Below, one piece after another: positions 14,169 to 23,963 of a DNA stretch of 38,895 bases. Position 1 is the first letter of the stretch; each line of letters begins with the position of its first letter. The stretch spans positions 1-38,895 of IMG/VR virus record IMGVR_UViG_3300027974_000072; one strand, given 5' to 3'. Below the pieces are notes generated by a model. It was not told the origin of the DNA. It saw only the letters and a program-made list of their open reading frames with translations, and searched no databases. Made by a program: the position numbers and the translations under genes. The stretch comes from a virus. Taxonomy: Duplodnaviria > Caudoviricetes.

Positions 14169-16713
14169 TTAATTGTTTTAGTTTGGTATAAACCGTTTCG
14201 CTGATACACGACATATTGTCAATAAAGATTGTTTCTCCATCTCTTGAGAAAGTTCCATTAGCAACAACGATTTGGTCTTTTTGTAACTTATACGAAGAAA
14301 GGAAGTTTGTCAAGTTAAGTCTGTCGCCAAAGTCACCAATCATGCTAGTTATTGTGCCAAAATCGTCTGAAAAATCAATTTTAGCATACCGCGCACCGTT
14401 ACGCGACTTCTTAATAAAGAAGTCATCAATTTGTGCAACGAAACGAAATCTATCAGATGGGCGATCAGTTTTAATGGTTTTTAAATCAACTAAATCTGAA
14501 AAAGAATCAAAACAATCCTTCAAAACATGAGTAAAGGAATATCCCAATAATCTCTTTTCGAACCACCATATAGAAAGCTTTTCATGCTTTTTGTTTTCGA
14601 AGAAGAGTTCTTTGAATGGTTGAAATTTGTTTTTGAAAGTTTCAAGCCTTGAGTCTTTGATCAAAGTTTTACCATCATCACCAACAACCTTATCTTTATG
14701 AGCTTGAGCGATAGCGTTAAGGATATCGTATCCGTATCTGTCTCCCAATGTGATAAAGTTTCGCTTCTCGCGATCCGTAAGCAGATTAAAGGCTTGAGAC
14801 TCCAGAACGGTTCTAGAGCGGTTTATGAGGCCAAGTGTTCCAGCATAAATTAAAGAAGACAGGGCGGCAATATTGATACTTGCTTCTTTTGCTGCTTGGA
14901 AAACTTCTAATTTATTTGTTGGCTTTTTATCGATAAAGTCTTTAAGCCTTTCTTTGCTTTTCTCAGAGATTCCCTTGATCGAAGATAATCCATAGCGGAT
15001 GTTTCTACCTTCAATTGAAAAGTTCATTTGTGAATGCTCCAAGTTTGGTGGCAATAATTCAATACCAAAATCTGGAAGCTCCTTACAAACTTCTGCCACA
15101 ACCTTAAGTGGTTCTGGTTCAAATTCAGAAACCTCAAGAATAGAACAGAAAAATTCTTGAGGATACTTATATTTCAAGTATACAGTTTTAGCTGCCAACG
15201 AAGCATAGCATAAGCTGTGAGATTTGTTGAAGCTATAGTTTGCACTCGCCTCTAAGCTATTCCAATAGAAGTTGCAAATATTATCAGACAGTCCTTGAGA
15301 ACTTCCCGCTTCGAAGATTTTATTCCTCCAAGCTGGCATTTCATCTACCTTCTTTTTTCCGACAATTCTTCTAAGAGTTTCTGCATCCTCTAGACTTAAA
15401 CCAAAAACTTTATTTGCAATTTGCATCAACTGCTCTTGGAAAAGAATAACATTCTTTGTAGAAGAAAGGATTGAATCCAATTCTTTATGAAGATTTAATT
15501 CTCTTGGTGCTTCTTTGTTTTGAACATAGTCATCAACATAATCCAACGCTCCCGGTCGAGCTAGGGCAACGACATCAGAAAGTTCAGCCAAGGAAGAAGG
15601 TTTAACTGCGCGAGTTACTTCGAAATTTGTATCGGCAGAAATTTGGAAAAGACCGCATGGATGATTAAAGTTTTGCAAAGAATCATAAATGAATGGATCT
15701 TCTGAATCAATATCTCTTAAGGAGATGCCAATTTTTTCACAACACTTATTAGCGATAGTTAACGTTCTAAGACCAAGAATATCAAACTTAACCATTAGAT
15801 CTGCAACGTCATCCATTTCATAACCAGAGATAAGTTCACCATCTTTGGTTAACTGAATAGGAATAACATTTTCAATTGGCTGAGAACAAATTGCAATACC
15901 AGAAGGATGAACTCCTGTATTTTTATTTAAGCCTTCAATCTTTCGAGCGATGCTGAATGTTTTTGTATTTCGTTCACTCCATTCTTTGAACTCTCCATCA
16001 ATCTCAGATGCTCTAGCCAAAGAAAGAACTAAACCATGTTCCTTTGGAATCATGGCCGAAATTCTATTAGAGTCTTCGTCAGAAAGATTATTGAAATACT
16101 TTACCGCTTCTTTTATTACAAGCTTTGAAGAAAGAGTATTAAGAGTTAGAATTTTTGAAGTTTTACCTTTATGCTTCTTTTCAATGTAATCAATGACCAA
16201 AGAACGTTTATCGTAAGATACATCAGTGTCTACATCTGGAGCCAAAGAACCGTCAATGAAAACCTTTCCTCTTTTATCTGTTATCTTCTTTGCTCTATTT
16301 TTAGAAACAAATCTTTCAAAGAAAAGAGAATGTTTTAATGGATCTTTTTCTACAACATCCAAAAGATAAAGGACCAGCGAACTTGCCGCCGATCCTCTGC
16401 CTTCACCAACGGGAATGTCACAGTCTTTCGCAAACTTAACAATATCCCAATTTAGTAGAATATAATCTGTAAAGCCTAGTTCATCAAAAGTATCAAGCTC
16501 TTGTTTTGCTCTATCAAAGTATTCTTGTTTATTAACAAGTTTATCAATTCCCTTGGTTTTGATTCCAAGTCTAATTAATCTACTTAAGATCTCTTTAGAA
16601 GAAGGAGATTCTGTTAATCCCAATTCTTTAAGAGAACTTTCTGAGAGACTAATTTGAGGCAATTCAAGTCCCGCAGGTTCACAATCTTCATAAGCAGAAA
16701 AATCTTCAAACAT
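14158..16713 (-). CDS. dnaE: DNA polymerase III alpha core (C-family), lacking the PHP domain
   Basis: GRGSAASSLV, PDVDTD, HPSG, KFDILGLRTL, FQEQLMQ, YSFNKSH; C-terminal OB-like region. Confidence 0.95.
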   Translation of the reverse strand: MFEDFSAYEDCEPAGLELPQISLSESSLKELGLTESPSSKEILSRLIRLGIKTKGIDKLVNKQEYFDRAKQELDTFDELGFTDYILLNWDIVKFAKDCDIPVGEGRGSAASSLVLYLLDVVEKDPLKHSLFFERFVSKNRAKKITDKRGKVFIDGSLAPDVDTDVSYDKRSLVIDYIEKKHKGKTSKILTLNTLSSKLVIKEAVKYFNNLSDEDSNRISAMIPKEHGLVLSLARASEIDGEFKEWSERNTKTFSIARKIEGLNKNTGVHPSGIAICSQPIENVIPIQLTKDGELISGYEMDDVADLMVKFDILGLRTLTIANKCCEKIGISLRDIDSEDPFIYDSLQNFNHPCGLFQISADTNFEVTRAVKPSSLAELSDVVALARPGALDYVDDYVQNKEAPRELNLHKELDSILSSTKNVILFQEQLMQIANKVFGLSLEDAETLRRIVGKKKVDEMPAWRNKIFEAGSSQGLSDNICNFYWNSLEASANYSFNKSHSLCYASLAAKTVYLKYKYPQEFFCSILEVSEFEPEPLKVVAEVCKELPDFGIELLPPNLEHSQMNFSIEGRNIRYGLSSIKGISEKSKERLKDFIDKKPTNKLEVFQAAKEASINIAALSSLIYAGTLGLINRSRTVLESQAFNLLTDREKRNFITLGDRYGYDILNAIAQAHKDKVVGDDGKTLIKDSRLETFKNKFQPFKELFFENKKHEKLSIWWFEKRLLGYSFTHVLKDCFDSFSDLVDLKTIKTDRPSDRFRFVAQIDDFFIKKSRNGARYAKIDFSDDFGTITSMIGDFGDRLNLTNFLSSYKLQKDQIVVANGTFSRDGETIFIDNMSCISETVYTKLKQLNEK

Positions 16714-16996
16714 GACTAAGTTGTGCAAAAGCTCTAGCTAAAGCCTGTTTTACTCCTTGCTTTTTATTATAGTTGTCTTTAGGATGACAATAAGCTATAC
16801 CATAGAAATCTCTTCCGTCAGGCATCGTTACTTCAACAACGGTTTTTCCACCCTTTGCGCTTTCTCCTAAATAATGCGTTGAATAAAAATAATCATAACC
16901 TCCTCTGAGTTCTACCTTTGATAGTTTATAAACCTTTTCTCTAACGTGAATAACGCGGACTTTATAACCTTTTTTTCTTAGTTCGTGGACTGTCAT
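16706..16996 (-). CDS. Hypothetical phage protein
   Basis: GGKTVV...AYCHPKDNYNKKQG..ALARA; coupled to both neighbours. Confidence 0.75.
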   Translation of the reverse strand: MTVHELRKKGYKVRVIHVREKVYKLSKVELRGGYDYFYSTHYLGESAKGGKTVVEVTMPDGRDFYGIAYCHPKDNYNKKQGVKQALARAFAQLSHV

Positions 16997-17610
16997 AGTG
17001 ATAATACTTTTTTAAGTTGAAGGAAAATTTGCCAAGTCATTTGGCAATCATATAAACCATCGTGGAGTTTTTCTTTTTCAAATTCAATTCCAAATAATTT
17101 CAATAATGTTAATTGGCTTGCTTTTGATTTAATTGTTCTGTCGTTGATTATTTTACTTTGCCACTCTAGCATCGAATCATTTTTAGGTTTTTGCAAACCC
17201 TCTCTATATGCGAGTGCCAAAGGTCTGGTATCTAATATACGATCCATGAAGGAAAAGTCAAGAGATTTATTACAAATGTCTGCCAAAACCTTTAACATGT
17301 AAACATCGAATTTCAAAAGATTCTGACCAACCAAAATATACTGTGGATCATTAATTATTTTGGAAAACTTTTCAAAAGCATTTTCTGGAATTGTTTTTTT
17401 GCTATTGTATTTTTCATCATTGAAAGATGTTAATTCTCTTACCTCTTTTGAAAGATTAAAATCTGATAAATCAATATAAAGTTGTTCTTGAGATAAAACT
17501 TTATTACCCTGCGTAATCAGATAAGAAAGTTCCCAAGGTCTACTATACTTGAGATTGAGACCTTCTGTTTCGAAATCGAAAACACAATATTTTTGATTAT
17601 AGGCAATCAT
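16993..17610 (-). CDS. DEDDh 3'-5' exonuclease (DnaQ/epsilon-like)
   Basis: FDFETEG, GQNLLKFD, LDT and HDGLYDC motifs. Confidence 0.9.
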   Translation of the reverse strand: MIAYNQKYCVFDFETEGLNLKYSRPWELSYLITQGNKVLSQEQLYIDLSDFNLSKEVRELTSFNDEKYNSKKTIPENAFEKFSKIINDPQYILVGQNLLKFDVYMLKVLADICNKSLDFSFMDRILDTRPLALAYREGLQKPKNDSMLEWQSKIINDRTIKSKASQLTLLKLFGIEFEKEKLHDGLYDCQMTWQIFLQLKKVLSL

Positions 17611-17631
17611 ATAGTTTTGTTGATTTTTTAT

Positions 17632-17670
17632 TGTTCACGTTTTTTCTTATGTTCACGTTTGCGTGAACAT
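17632..17670. repeat. Perfect 9-bp inverted repeat plus a third half-site
   Basis: ATGTTCACG-tttg-CGTGAACAT (17649-17670) and TGTTCACG at 17632-17639. Confidence 0.8.
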
Positions 17671-17674
17671 CTCA

Positions 17675-17854
17675 TTATTCTTCTTCTGTTTTTTTATTTA
17701 AATAGTTATAAATAAAATCGTTTTTTAAATGATCAAAACTCCAAGTTATGATATCCTCTTTTTTCTTTTGGTTGTTCTCTGGCAAAAGGTAAAATGTTGT
17801 AGCATTAATATAATTACCCTCTCCTTCTTCAATTATAATCGTATATTTACTCAT
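17675..17854 (-). CDS. Small hypothetical protein (59 aa; below the track cutoff)
   Basis: MSKYTIIIEEGEGNY...KKTEEE; TAATG-coupled to the ligase stop. Confidence 0.6.
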   Translation of the reverse strand: MSKYTIIIEEGEGNYINATTFYLLPENNQKKKEDIITWSFDHLKNDFIYNYLNKKTEEE

Positions 17855-19149
17855 TATTCTTCAATATTTGTTTGTTCTTTGTCTAAAAGTTTTGTCTCCT
17901 CTTCAAGGAACTTTATACTCTTAAGCTTGAAAGCATCAAATGTCAAGCCATCTTTTGTTAAGATAATACCTTCTTCTGGAACTTTGTTACGACACATAAA
18001 ACAGTCTTTCTCATTATAATCTTTGATAAGATTATTTAAGAAATTTTCATGCCAATGTTCTTTGGTATCAACTTCTGGATACAAGTCCCGTGCGCGACCA
18101 TAATAAAAAAGAGGAGTGCTGTCTAATTCATATTTAACACAATATCTATCAATTTGAGGACGAGTAAGTTCGATAACATTTCCTTCTGGAGTTGTATAGG
18201 TTATTCTAAACACAAATATTTTGTATTCGTTTGGTTTGCATCCATAATCATATAATCCTTGAATAGCTGATCCAGAAGGAAGATGCCCAACAATTTCGCC
18301 ATATAAAGTATAACCATTTTGGATTTTATCCTTAATTTTATGCATTGCCTCTGTCCAGAGATCATACTCATAAAAATGTTTATGTTCTTTTTCTCCTTCA
18401 ATATTTTTGACAACTCTTCGGCTTGCTGCGCACCAATCGTATTCTTTATCTACGATATTGATTCCACACTTTTTCAAAATCTTCTCAAAAAGATTCAACT
18501 TCTTCTTACAAAGAACTTTTGCAAATGTAAAGTTTGTTCCATGAAGCTTATAACTAATGCTAATAAGATCTTCTGGATTAATTTTGTGCATGTTCTTTTT
18601 AAGAGATTCTGTATCCAGATGCAAACGTAACTGACCGTCTACAAGTCTGTCTAATATCTTTGCTTCTTTTTGTTTTTTAAGATTAGGTTGTCCCTTTTCT
18701 TTTACAATATATTTTTGACAAAGAAGGAGGTCATCAACGGAATCGAATTCTATTCCAACTTCTTTTTCTGTAACTTGGAATTTGATTTGCTTTTCGGTAA
18801 GGAATTCATTGAATGAAGAAAGGGGGTGGAGGTATCCTTCACTAACCTCTCCTCTTAAACGAGTAGCCTTAACTCTTGACTTGTTTGAAAAGAATCCTTT
18901 TTGTGTTTTATCTCTATTCAAATCCAAGCTTGAGTATCCATTAAAAAATGAAACAAATTCTGAATTAATCTGACTCTCCAATGGGAAGTAAACAAATAAA
19001 TCTCCAATCTTCGTGTTCAGTCCAACAATAATGCGTTGAAAATCTACAACTGAAATTTGCAGTTTATCTGCATTAGGATGAGGTTCAAGCCTGTCGATTT
19101 TTACAATCTTGGCTCGATAATTTGGATTATCTAATTTAGTCGTTAACAT
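17854..19149 (-). CDS. RNA ligase (Rnl2/DRB0094-Rnl5-like) with N-terminal OB-type domain
   Basis: HPNADKL N-domain; motif I KLHGTN; YGEIVG; PEEGII; FKLKS. Confidence 0.85.
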   Translation of the reverse strand: MLTTKLDNPNYRAKIVKIDRLEPHPNADKLQISVVDFQRIIVGLNTKIGDLFVYFPLESQINSEFVSFFNGYSSLDLNRDKTQKGFFSNKSRVKATRLRGEVSEGYLHPLSSFNEFLTEKQIKFQVTEKEVGIEFDSVDDLLLCQKYIVKEKGQPNLKKQKEAKILDRLVDGQLRLHLDTESLKKNMHKINPEDLISISYKLHGTNFTFAKVLCKKKLNLFEKILKKCGINIVDKEYDWCAASRRVVKNIEGEKEHKHFYEYDLWTEAMHKIKDKIQNGYTLYGEIVGHLPSGSAIQGLYDYGCKPNEYKIFVFRITYTTPEGNVIELTRPQIDRYCVKYELDSTPLFYYGRARDLYPEVDTKEHWHENFLNNLIKDYNEKDCFMCRNKVPEEGIILTKDGLTFDAFKLKSIKFLEEETKLLDKEQTNIEE

Positions 19150-19154
19150 TGTCT

Positions 19155-19808
19155 TCAAGATAAATAACTTTCCCAACAAAACTGATCACTGGAGCAGTCT
19201 TCTAGTTCTGGTCTATGAAATGACGGAGCCTTTCCCATCTTTCTATTACAAATAGCTTTATAAAATTGAAAGGCTTTAAAGTCTTCTCTATTATTATAGA
19301 AAATTGATTTGGCCTTTTGAACTGGTCCTCCGAATTTTTTAATTGCTCTTTGGATCTGAAAGTCGAAAGGATGATTATTGTTCTCAATAAAAAAAACAAC
19401 ATCATCAGGTAACTTCAATTCAAAGCTGCCAAAATTATGAATAGATTTATGTAAAAATGAATCATAAAAAGGAACTACTGTTTGTATTCCTTTCAAGTCA
19501 TCGAAATCTATTTTATAAACTCCTTCTTGTTTCGTATATGTTTTTGTATAAATACGACGAAGAGAATCTATACCCTCATTGTTCTTGGCAAAGAAGATTA
19601 ATTTACTACTATCATTTTCGCTGGCGACATTAAGACGCAATCCAAAAATTAATTGTTTTTTAGCTTTTTCAGATTCTTTTTTTGCTTTTCTGAAACCAGC
19701 CATAGAATCCTCAACCAAGGTAATCTTGTCGAGTTCTTTTTCAAAGATTTCTTCTATTGTTAGAATAGAATTACCAATAGAATAATGAGATTTAAAAAGT
19801 GGAATCAT
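19155..19808 (-). CDS. Stand-alone PHP domain of DNA polymerase III alpha
   Basis: LFKSHYSIGNSILT, LVEDSMAGF, LIFGLRL and LIFFAKNNEGIDSLRRI match DnaE N-terminal motifs. Confidence 0.8.
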   Translation of the reverse strand: MIPLFKSHYSIGNSILTIEEIFEKELDKITLVEDSMAGFRKAKKESEKAKKQLIFGLRLNVASENDSSKLIFFAKNNEGIDSLRRIYTKTYTKQEGVYKIDFDDLKGIQTVVPFYDSFLHKSIHNFGSFELKLPDDVVFFIENNNHPFDFQIQRAIKKFGGPVQKAKSIFYNNREDFKAFQFYKAICNRKMGKAPSFHRPELEDCSSDQFCWESYLS

Positions 19809-20083
19809 TCACTATCTTCTTGGCCTTTTTGATCATTGATAATTTTTTGAATCATTTCGTTAAAAGATTTCTTTTTCTTTTCTTTACGATTCAAGCCTTT
19901 ACTACCGAAACGTCCTTTCTCCTTTTTCAATCTACTTGGCTGGAGATGGTGAATAAGTGAATCAAGTTTGCTTTTTGTAGCAGATGTTAGTTCTCCATTT
20001 TTAAGCTCTTCATCAAAAGCCTTCTTATCATCTTCGGTCATGTATAGCCTCGCCTTGGCAAGTTTGTAGTTAGAATATTTCAT
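19805..20083 (-). CDS. Basic hypothetical protein
   Basis: 92 aa; directly behind a sigma70 promoter and coupled to the PHP gene. Confidence 0.7.
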   Translation of the reverse strand: MKYSNYKLAKARLYMTEDDKKAFDEELKNGELTSATKSKLDSLIHHLQPSRLKKEKGRFGSKGLNRKEKKKKSFNEMIQKIINDQKGQEDSE

Positions 20084-20091
20084 ATATAAGC

Positions 20092-20119
20092 AATGTAGCT
20101 CAATTTATTTCTTTGTCAA
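20092..20119 (-). promoter_or_regulatory. sigma70-type promoter
   Basis: TTGACA-N16-TACATT-N8-ATG 20083. Confidence 0.75.
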
Positions 20120-20136
20120 GAACATTTTGTCAAAAA

Positions 20137-21189
20137 TCACAATCCTTCTTTTTTTGCCTTTGCATTCATCTCTTGTGAGTATTCTAAGAATTTAAACTTA
20201 GGACATCCTTTATAGAATCTTTTTTCTATTTTTTCACCCTTTTTAGGTTTTGCTAAATCTTTCTTTTCTTTAGCTGTATTTAAGATCGCTCCATTTTTAT
20301 CTAGCAAGGCCCAATAAAAGAAGGGGAATTTCATTCTGCAAAACCACTTATTTGATCCATCTACTTTCTTTTCTTCTGGATGATCAGACCTACCACAAAC
20401 TAACCTTCCAGAAAATCCTGCACTGCTATGCAGATAGCCTTTATCATAAGCCATATTTCTTTCTGCTAATTTTTCATCAAAGTTATCAACGGTTCTTTGT
20501 AGATCTGTTAGGTAATGTTCAAAGCCGCTTAATTCAGTATCGCAAACATGTGGAGTATTTATTACCCCATCTCCATTTTCACAGGGATATTGCAAAAATA
20601 CGAATTCCATTTTTGCATCGTAATATTCTGGAAACATGTTTTTAACAGCAAGCCGATACATTAGATCTTGCACGTTGTCGTCTATTTCTTTTCCTTCGAA
20701 TTTCTTTTTTGAGCTTTTAAAATCTCTAATCAGAACTGCACCATCTTTATATAGAAACAGTTTATCAATAAATCCAAGTATTCTATACTTTTTATCGTCT
20801 TTATCTACTTCTATTTGAAAGTCGATTTCGGAAAAAGATTTAATTGGTTTTCCAAATTTCTTGCCATAAAAATCATAACTCAATCCCTGCAAGATCATTT
20901 TATTAAGAAGGGTAAGATGCTGCTGCGAATCCACTCCCTCCTTTGAAGCGCAAATGTTTACATATTTATTAACAGCCTTGCTTCCTTCTATGTTCTGAGC
21001 TTTGATAATGGAATCAAAATGTTTTTTATGACGATCCTTTCCTAAGTATTCAAAGACGTTGTGGCAAATAGAACCCATCTTTGCTCCATCATTTGATTCG
21101 TCTGGAAGTTTTAGAACATATCTGCAATAATATTGCCAACTACATTCTTCTAGCTTTTTTATTCTTGATGCTGACAAATAATTATTCAT
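20137..21189 (-). CDS. PD-(D/E)XK exonuclease, Cas4/AddB-like
   Basis: LSASRIKKLEECSWQYY, GSICH, GFIDKL, IRDFKS, Q..MY and C-terminal cysteines; ATGA overlap with primase. Confidence 0.85.
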   Translation of the reverse strand: MNNYLSASRIKKLEECSWQYYCRYVLKLPDESNDGAKMGSICHNVFEYLGKDRHKKHFDSIIKAQNIEGSKAVNKYVNICASKEGVDSQQHLTLLNKMILQGLSYDFYGKKFGKPIKSFSEIDFQIEVDKDDKKYRILGFIDKLFLYKDGAVLIRDFKSSKKKFEGKEIDDNVQDLMYRLAVKNMFPEYYDAKMEFVFLQYPCENGDGVINTPHVCDTELSGFEHYLTDLQRTVDNFDEKLAERNMAYDKGYLHSSAGFSGRLVCGRSDHPEEKKVDGSNKWFCRMKFPFFYWALLDKNGAILNTAKEKKDLAKPKKGEKIEKRFYKGCPKFKFLEYSQEMNAKAKKEGL

Positions 21190-22196
21190 GATAGAGCTTT
21201 TTCTAGTTTTTTTAATTTGACAATTAAATTTTGAGAAATCTTTGCCTTTGGCGCATATTGAACCAATTGCATTAAAGATTCCTTGGAAGATTTTGAAAAA
21301 TCTAAAGAATTTCTCCATGATCTAACTTCTTCGTCTATCATGATACCAAAATCCTCCTTTGGTGGAGGGCAAAACCATATTTTATCAAGATCCACAGTGT
21401 CTGATAATTTAATAAGACTAGACAAGGCTCCATCAAAGCCTCTGTTCTGTCCTAAGTCGTTGTTGAACGATAGTGCTATATTTGTCCCTAAATTGGATAA
21501 TCTAGAAGTGATTTTAGGTTGAATATTGTTAGTAAAACAAACGATATTGTTCTTTACACCAGAACGATATAAAGACATAGAATCTCCAATAGATTCTACA
21601 ACAAAAACCAAATTCTCTTCTTTTATTTGCTCTTCAACTCCATCTACAGAAAAGTATGGATAAAACCAATCTGCGGTCTTTCCAAAGTTTAACCATTTTG
21701 GCGATTCGTTATTTTGCAAGACTTTTCTTCCAATGAAGCCATGAATTTTACTATCTGCTCTTTTTATTGGAAAAACGATGCGCTGATAAAGCTTTCCAGA
21801 GGTAGCTAATCCACATTGATATTCTTTTTGAACCCATGCAGGGATTCCTCTTGATTCAAAATATTGTCTATCTGGCAATAGCTTTTTAAGACACTGATCT
21901 GAGTATGTTTTTTCTTCTTTCAAAAGTTTATCTATTTTTTTGTAAATTATATTTGTTACCTTGCTTCCATCTAAATATTTGGATACATCATTTGTCTTTA
22001 ATGTCTTTTTTAATAAAAGCTCAAATGGAAGAGGCTTTTGCCCTTCAACAAAATCGCTCCAAACACCAGTATCCTTATAGATTCGAATAGACGTTTTATT
22101 GTCTCCATTTCTAAAAATGGCAGCAGTTTGCCAATAGGAACCCCTATCTTCTAGTCTGTAGCCAATTTCTTTAAGGATGCAAGCATAATCAATCAT
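21186..22196 (-). CDS. DNA primase (DnaG-like TOPRIM)
   Basis: RIVFPI, GFIGR, PKWLN, VVESIGD; adjacent to the helicase. Confidence 0.85.
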   Translation of the reverse strand: MIDYACILKEIGYRLEDRGSYWQTAAIFRNGDNKTSIRIYKDTGVWSDFVEGQKPLPFELLLKKTLKTNDVSKYLDGSKVTNIIYKKIDKLLKEEKTYSDQCLKKLLPDRQYFESRGIPAWVQKEYQCGLATSGKLYQRIVFPIKRADSKIHGFIGRKVLQNNESPKWLNFGKTADWFYPYFSVDGVEEQIKEENLVFVVESIGDSMSLYRSGVKNNIVCFTNNIQPKITSRLSNLGTNIALSFNNDLGQNRGFDGALSSLIKLSDTVDLDKIWFCPPPKEDFGIMIDEEVRSWRNSLDFSKSSKESLMQLVQYAPKAKISQNLIVKLKKLEKALS

Positions 22197-23734
22197 CTGA
22201 GGCTTTCTGGAAGTTCCAATTCTGATCCTCTGGTTACTTGAGCTTGAACGTCAGAGCCTTCTAACATTCTAACAATATCTCGACCATCTCCTCTTTCTTC
22301 AACATTAAAGTTGTCAAATTTGAGATTGATCCAATTATCTTTCTTGGAACCGTCTGGCCATTCGACAGGATTCAGATGACCAAAGGAATCTTCTCCCAAG
22401 TGACGAGCCGCAAGACATTTAAGTTTGTGAGTTCCGAAAGCCTCTCCTTCTTGAACTAATTCGTCCATTGTCTTCTTTCTAAGAAGAAAGAGGTGAGAAA
22501 CGAATTGAATAATATTATCTGATAAGGCGATAACGCTTTCGTCATCTACGATTGTATCAGCATTTCTATTCGTTACAATGCCAGATCTATTCGTTTGAAC
22601 AGATGTAACCATAGCAACTGTCGGCTTGCCATCGAATTTAAGTTCTCTGCTAATTGTTTGTTTGAAGTTGTGAAGAAGTTTCCCAACAAAAGCCCAATCA
22701 GCACCCTTGCCTAGATTGTTGAAATCTGTTTTTAAATAGTCAAAAGAGAAGATTAGTGGATTGCCTCTGCCGATTTCAGAATAATAAATTCTTTTAAGAA
22801 GGGAAACCATTTCTTCTGAATCCATTCCTGCAACATTTTCATAAAGGATTTTAATGCCCTTCATCTTTGACCATACGGATCTTACCTTATTGACTACCTC
22901 TTCTGGAGTGAAGTTTTTATATCCATGACTTCTCCATTTACCACTTTCAAGTAGATAAACAGGAATACCTGACATTCCAGAAACCATTCTGAAAACAAGT
23001 TCTTCCTCACTCATTTCTCCGTTATCAAAATGAAGAATGGGCAACTTATTCATGTAAGACATTTTTAAGAGCATGTCTATCATAAGTGTAGTTTTTCCGG
23101 TCTTTGCTCTGGCGGCAAAGCAAGTGCAGTTTCCCGGTCTAACGAGAGATCCGTAAATTTTATTAATAGTTGGGAAGGGACTCATTGCCCCAACTTCTTC
23201 TGGTGGAAAGTCTCCTCTTTGTTCGATAATCTCTTCTGCAATGTCTGCCAAGTTGACAAGCTTGGATTCTCCCATTTCAAAACTTCGGATCTCGTTATTG
23301 TAAATTCTATCAATTTCTTCTACAATAAAAGAATAAGGTTTAGAGGGATCTACTGTCTTTGTGAAGTTTTCAATCTTCTCACAAATACCCATTGTTTTTC
23401 TTCTGAAGGTATATTTCTTTAACTCCTTGACAGAATTAAGAAAGACTTCTTTAGAAACTTTATTAAAAGTTAAAGATCTAATATATTCATCTCTATCAAT
23501 GGAATCTGGAAAACTTGTATTAAGTCTAGAGAGTCTATCAATAAGAATTGTTTCGTCAATGATTTCTGCATTATTATAAGCATTGCGAACCATCTTAAAC
23601 AAAGTAATATGAACTTTGCTATCTTCTGAAAAGAAGTCTTCCTCAACTAAAAAGGAAGAAACCTCAGACCACTCCTTTGGATGTTGTAATAATCCAGATA
23701 GAACTTTTTTTTCTAATTCGAAAGATTTAATCAT
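22193..23734 (-). CDS. dnaB: Replicative DNA helicase
   Basis: ELEKKVLSGLL N-domain, AARAKTGKT, NGEMS, FDYLK, VQTNR. Confidence 0.9.
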   Translation of the reverse strand: MIKSFELEKKVLSGLLQHPKEWSEVSSFLVEEDFFSEDSKVHITLFKMVRNAYNNAEIIDETILIDRLSRLNTSFPDSIDRDEYIRSLTFNKVSKEVFLNSVKELKKYTFRRKTMGICEKIENFTKTVDPSKPYSFIVEEIDRIYNNEIRSFEMGESKLVNLADIAEEIIEQRGDFPPEEVGAMSPFPTINKIYGSLVRPGNCTCFAARAKTGKTTLMIDMLLKMSYMNKLPILHFDNGEMSEEELVFRMVSGMSGIPVYLLESGKWRSHGYKNFTPEEVVNKVRSVWSKMKGIKILYENVAGMDSEEMVSLLKRIYYSEIGRGNPLIFSFDYLKTDFNNLGKGADWAFVGKLLHNFKQTISRELKFDGKPTVAMVTSVQTNRSGIVTNRNADTIVDDESVIALSDNIIQFVSHLFLLRKKTMDELVQEGEAFGTHKLKCLAARHLGEDSFGHLNPVEWPDGSKKDNWINLKFDNFNVEERGDGRDIVRMLEGSDVQAQVTRGSELELPESLR

Positions 23735-23963
23735 TGTCTTCAATTTCGGCGGAGATTTCACTTAAGATGGCTTTTGCAGAAGCCGTTAGGGCTATTTCGG
23801 TTACACTGTCGGAGAACTTCGAAATATATACCACCTCACCCCTTTTGTCAACTGTAAATAATATAAAACCCTTATTGCCTCCTCTGCTATTACCAGTTTT
23901 ATCGTATAATTTTGTTAGCAATATTTGAGAAATCTTCTCGTTTTGTTCTTCTTGGTCATTCAT
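23727..23963 (-). CDS. Hypothetical protein
   Basis: 78 aa; overlaps both neighbours in the operon. Confidence 0.7.
   Translation of the reverse strand: MNDQEEQNEKISQILLTKLYDKTGNSRGGNKGFILFTVDKRGEVVYISKFSDSVTEIALTASAKAILSEISAEIEDND

Noticed and set aside
17649-17670. LexA box
   Set aside because: The spacing is TGTTC-N10-GAACA, not the N4 spacing of the LexA palindromes I know.
20137-21189. CRISPR-Cas locus based on the Cas4-like nuclease
   Set aside because: No cas1, cas2 or array; solo Cas4-like exonucleases are common in phage replication modules.
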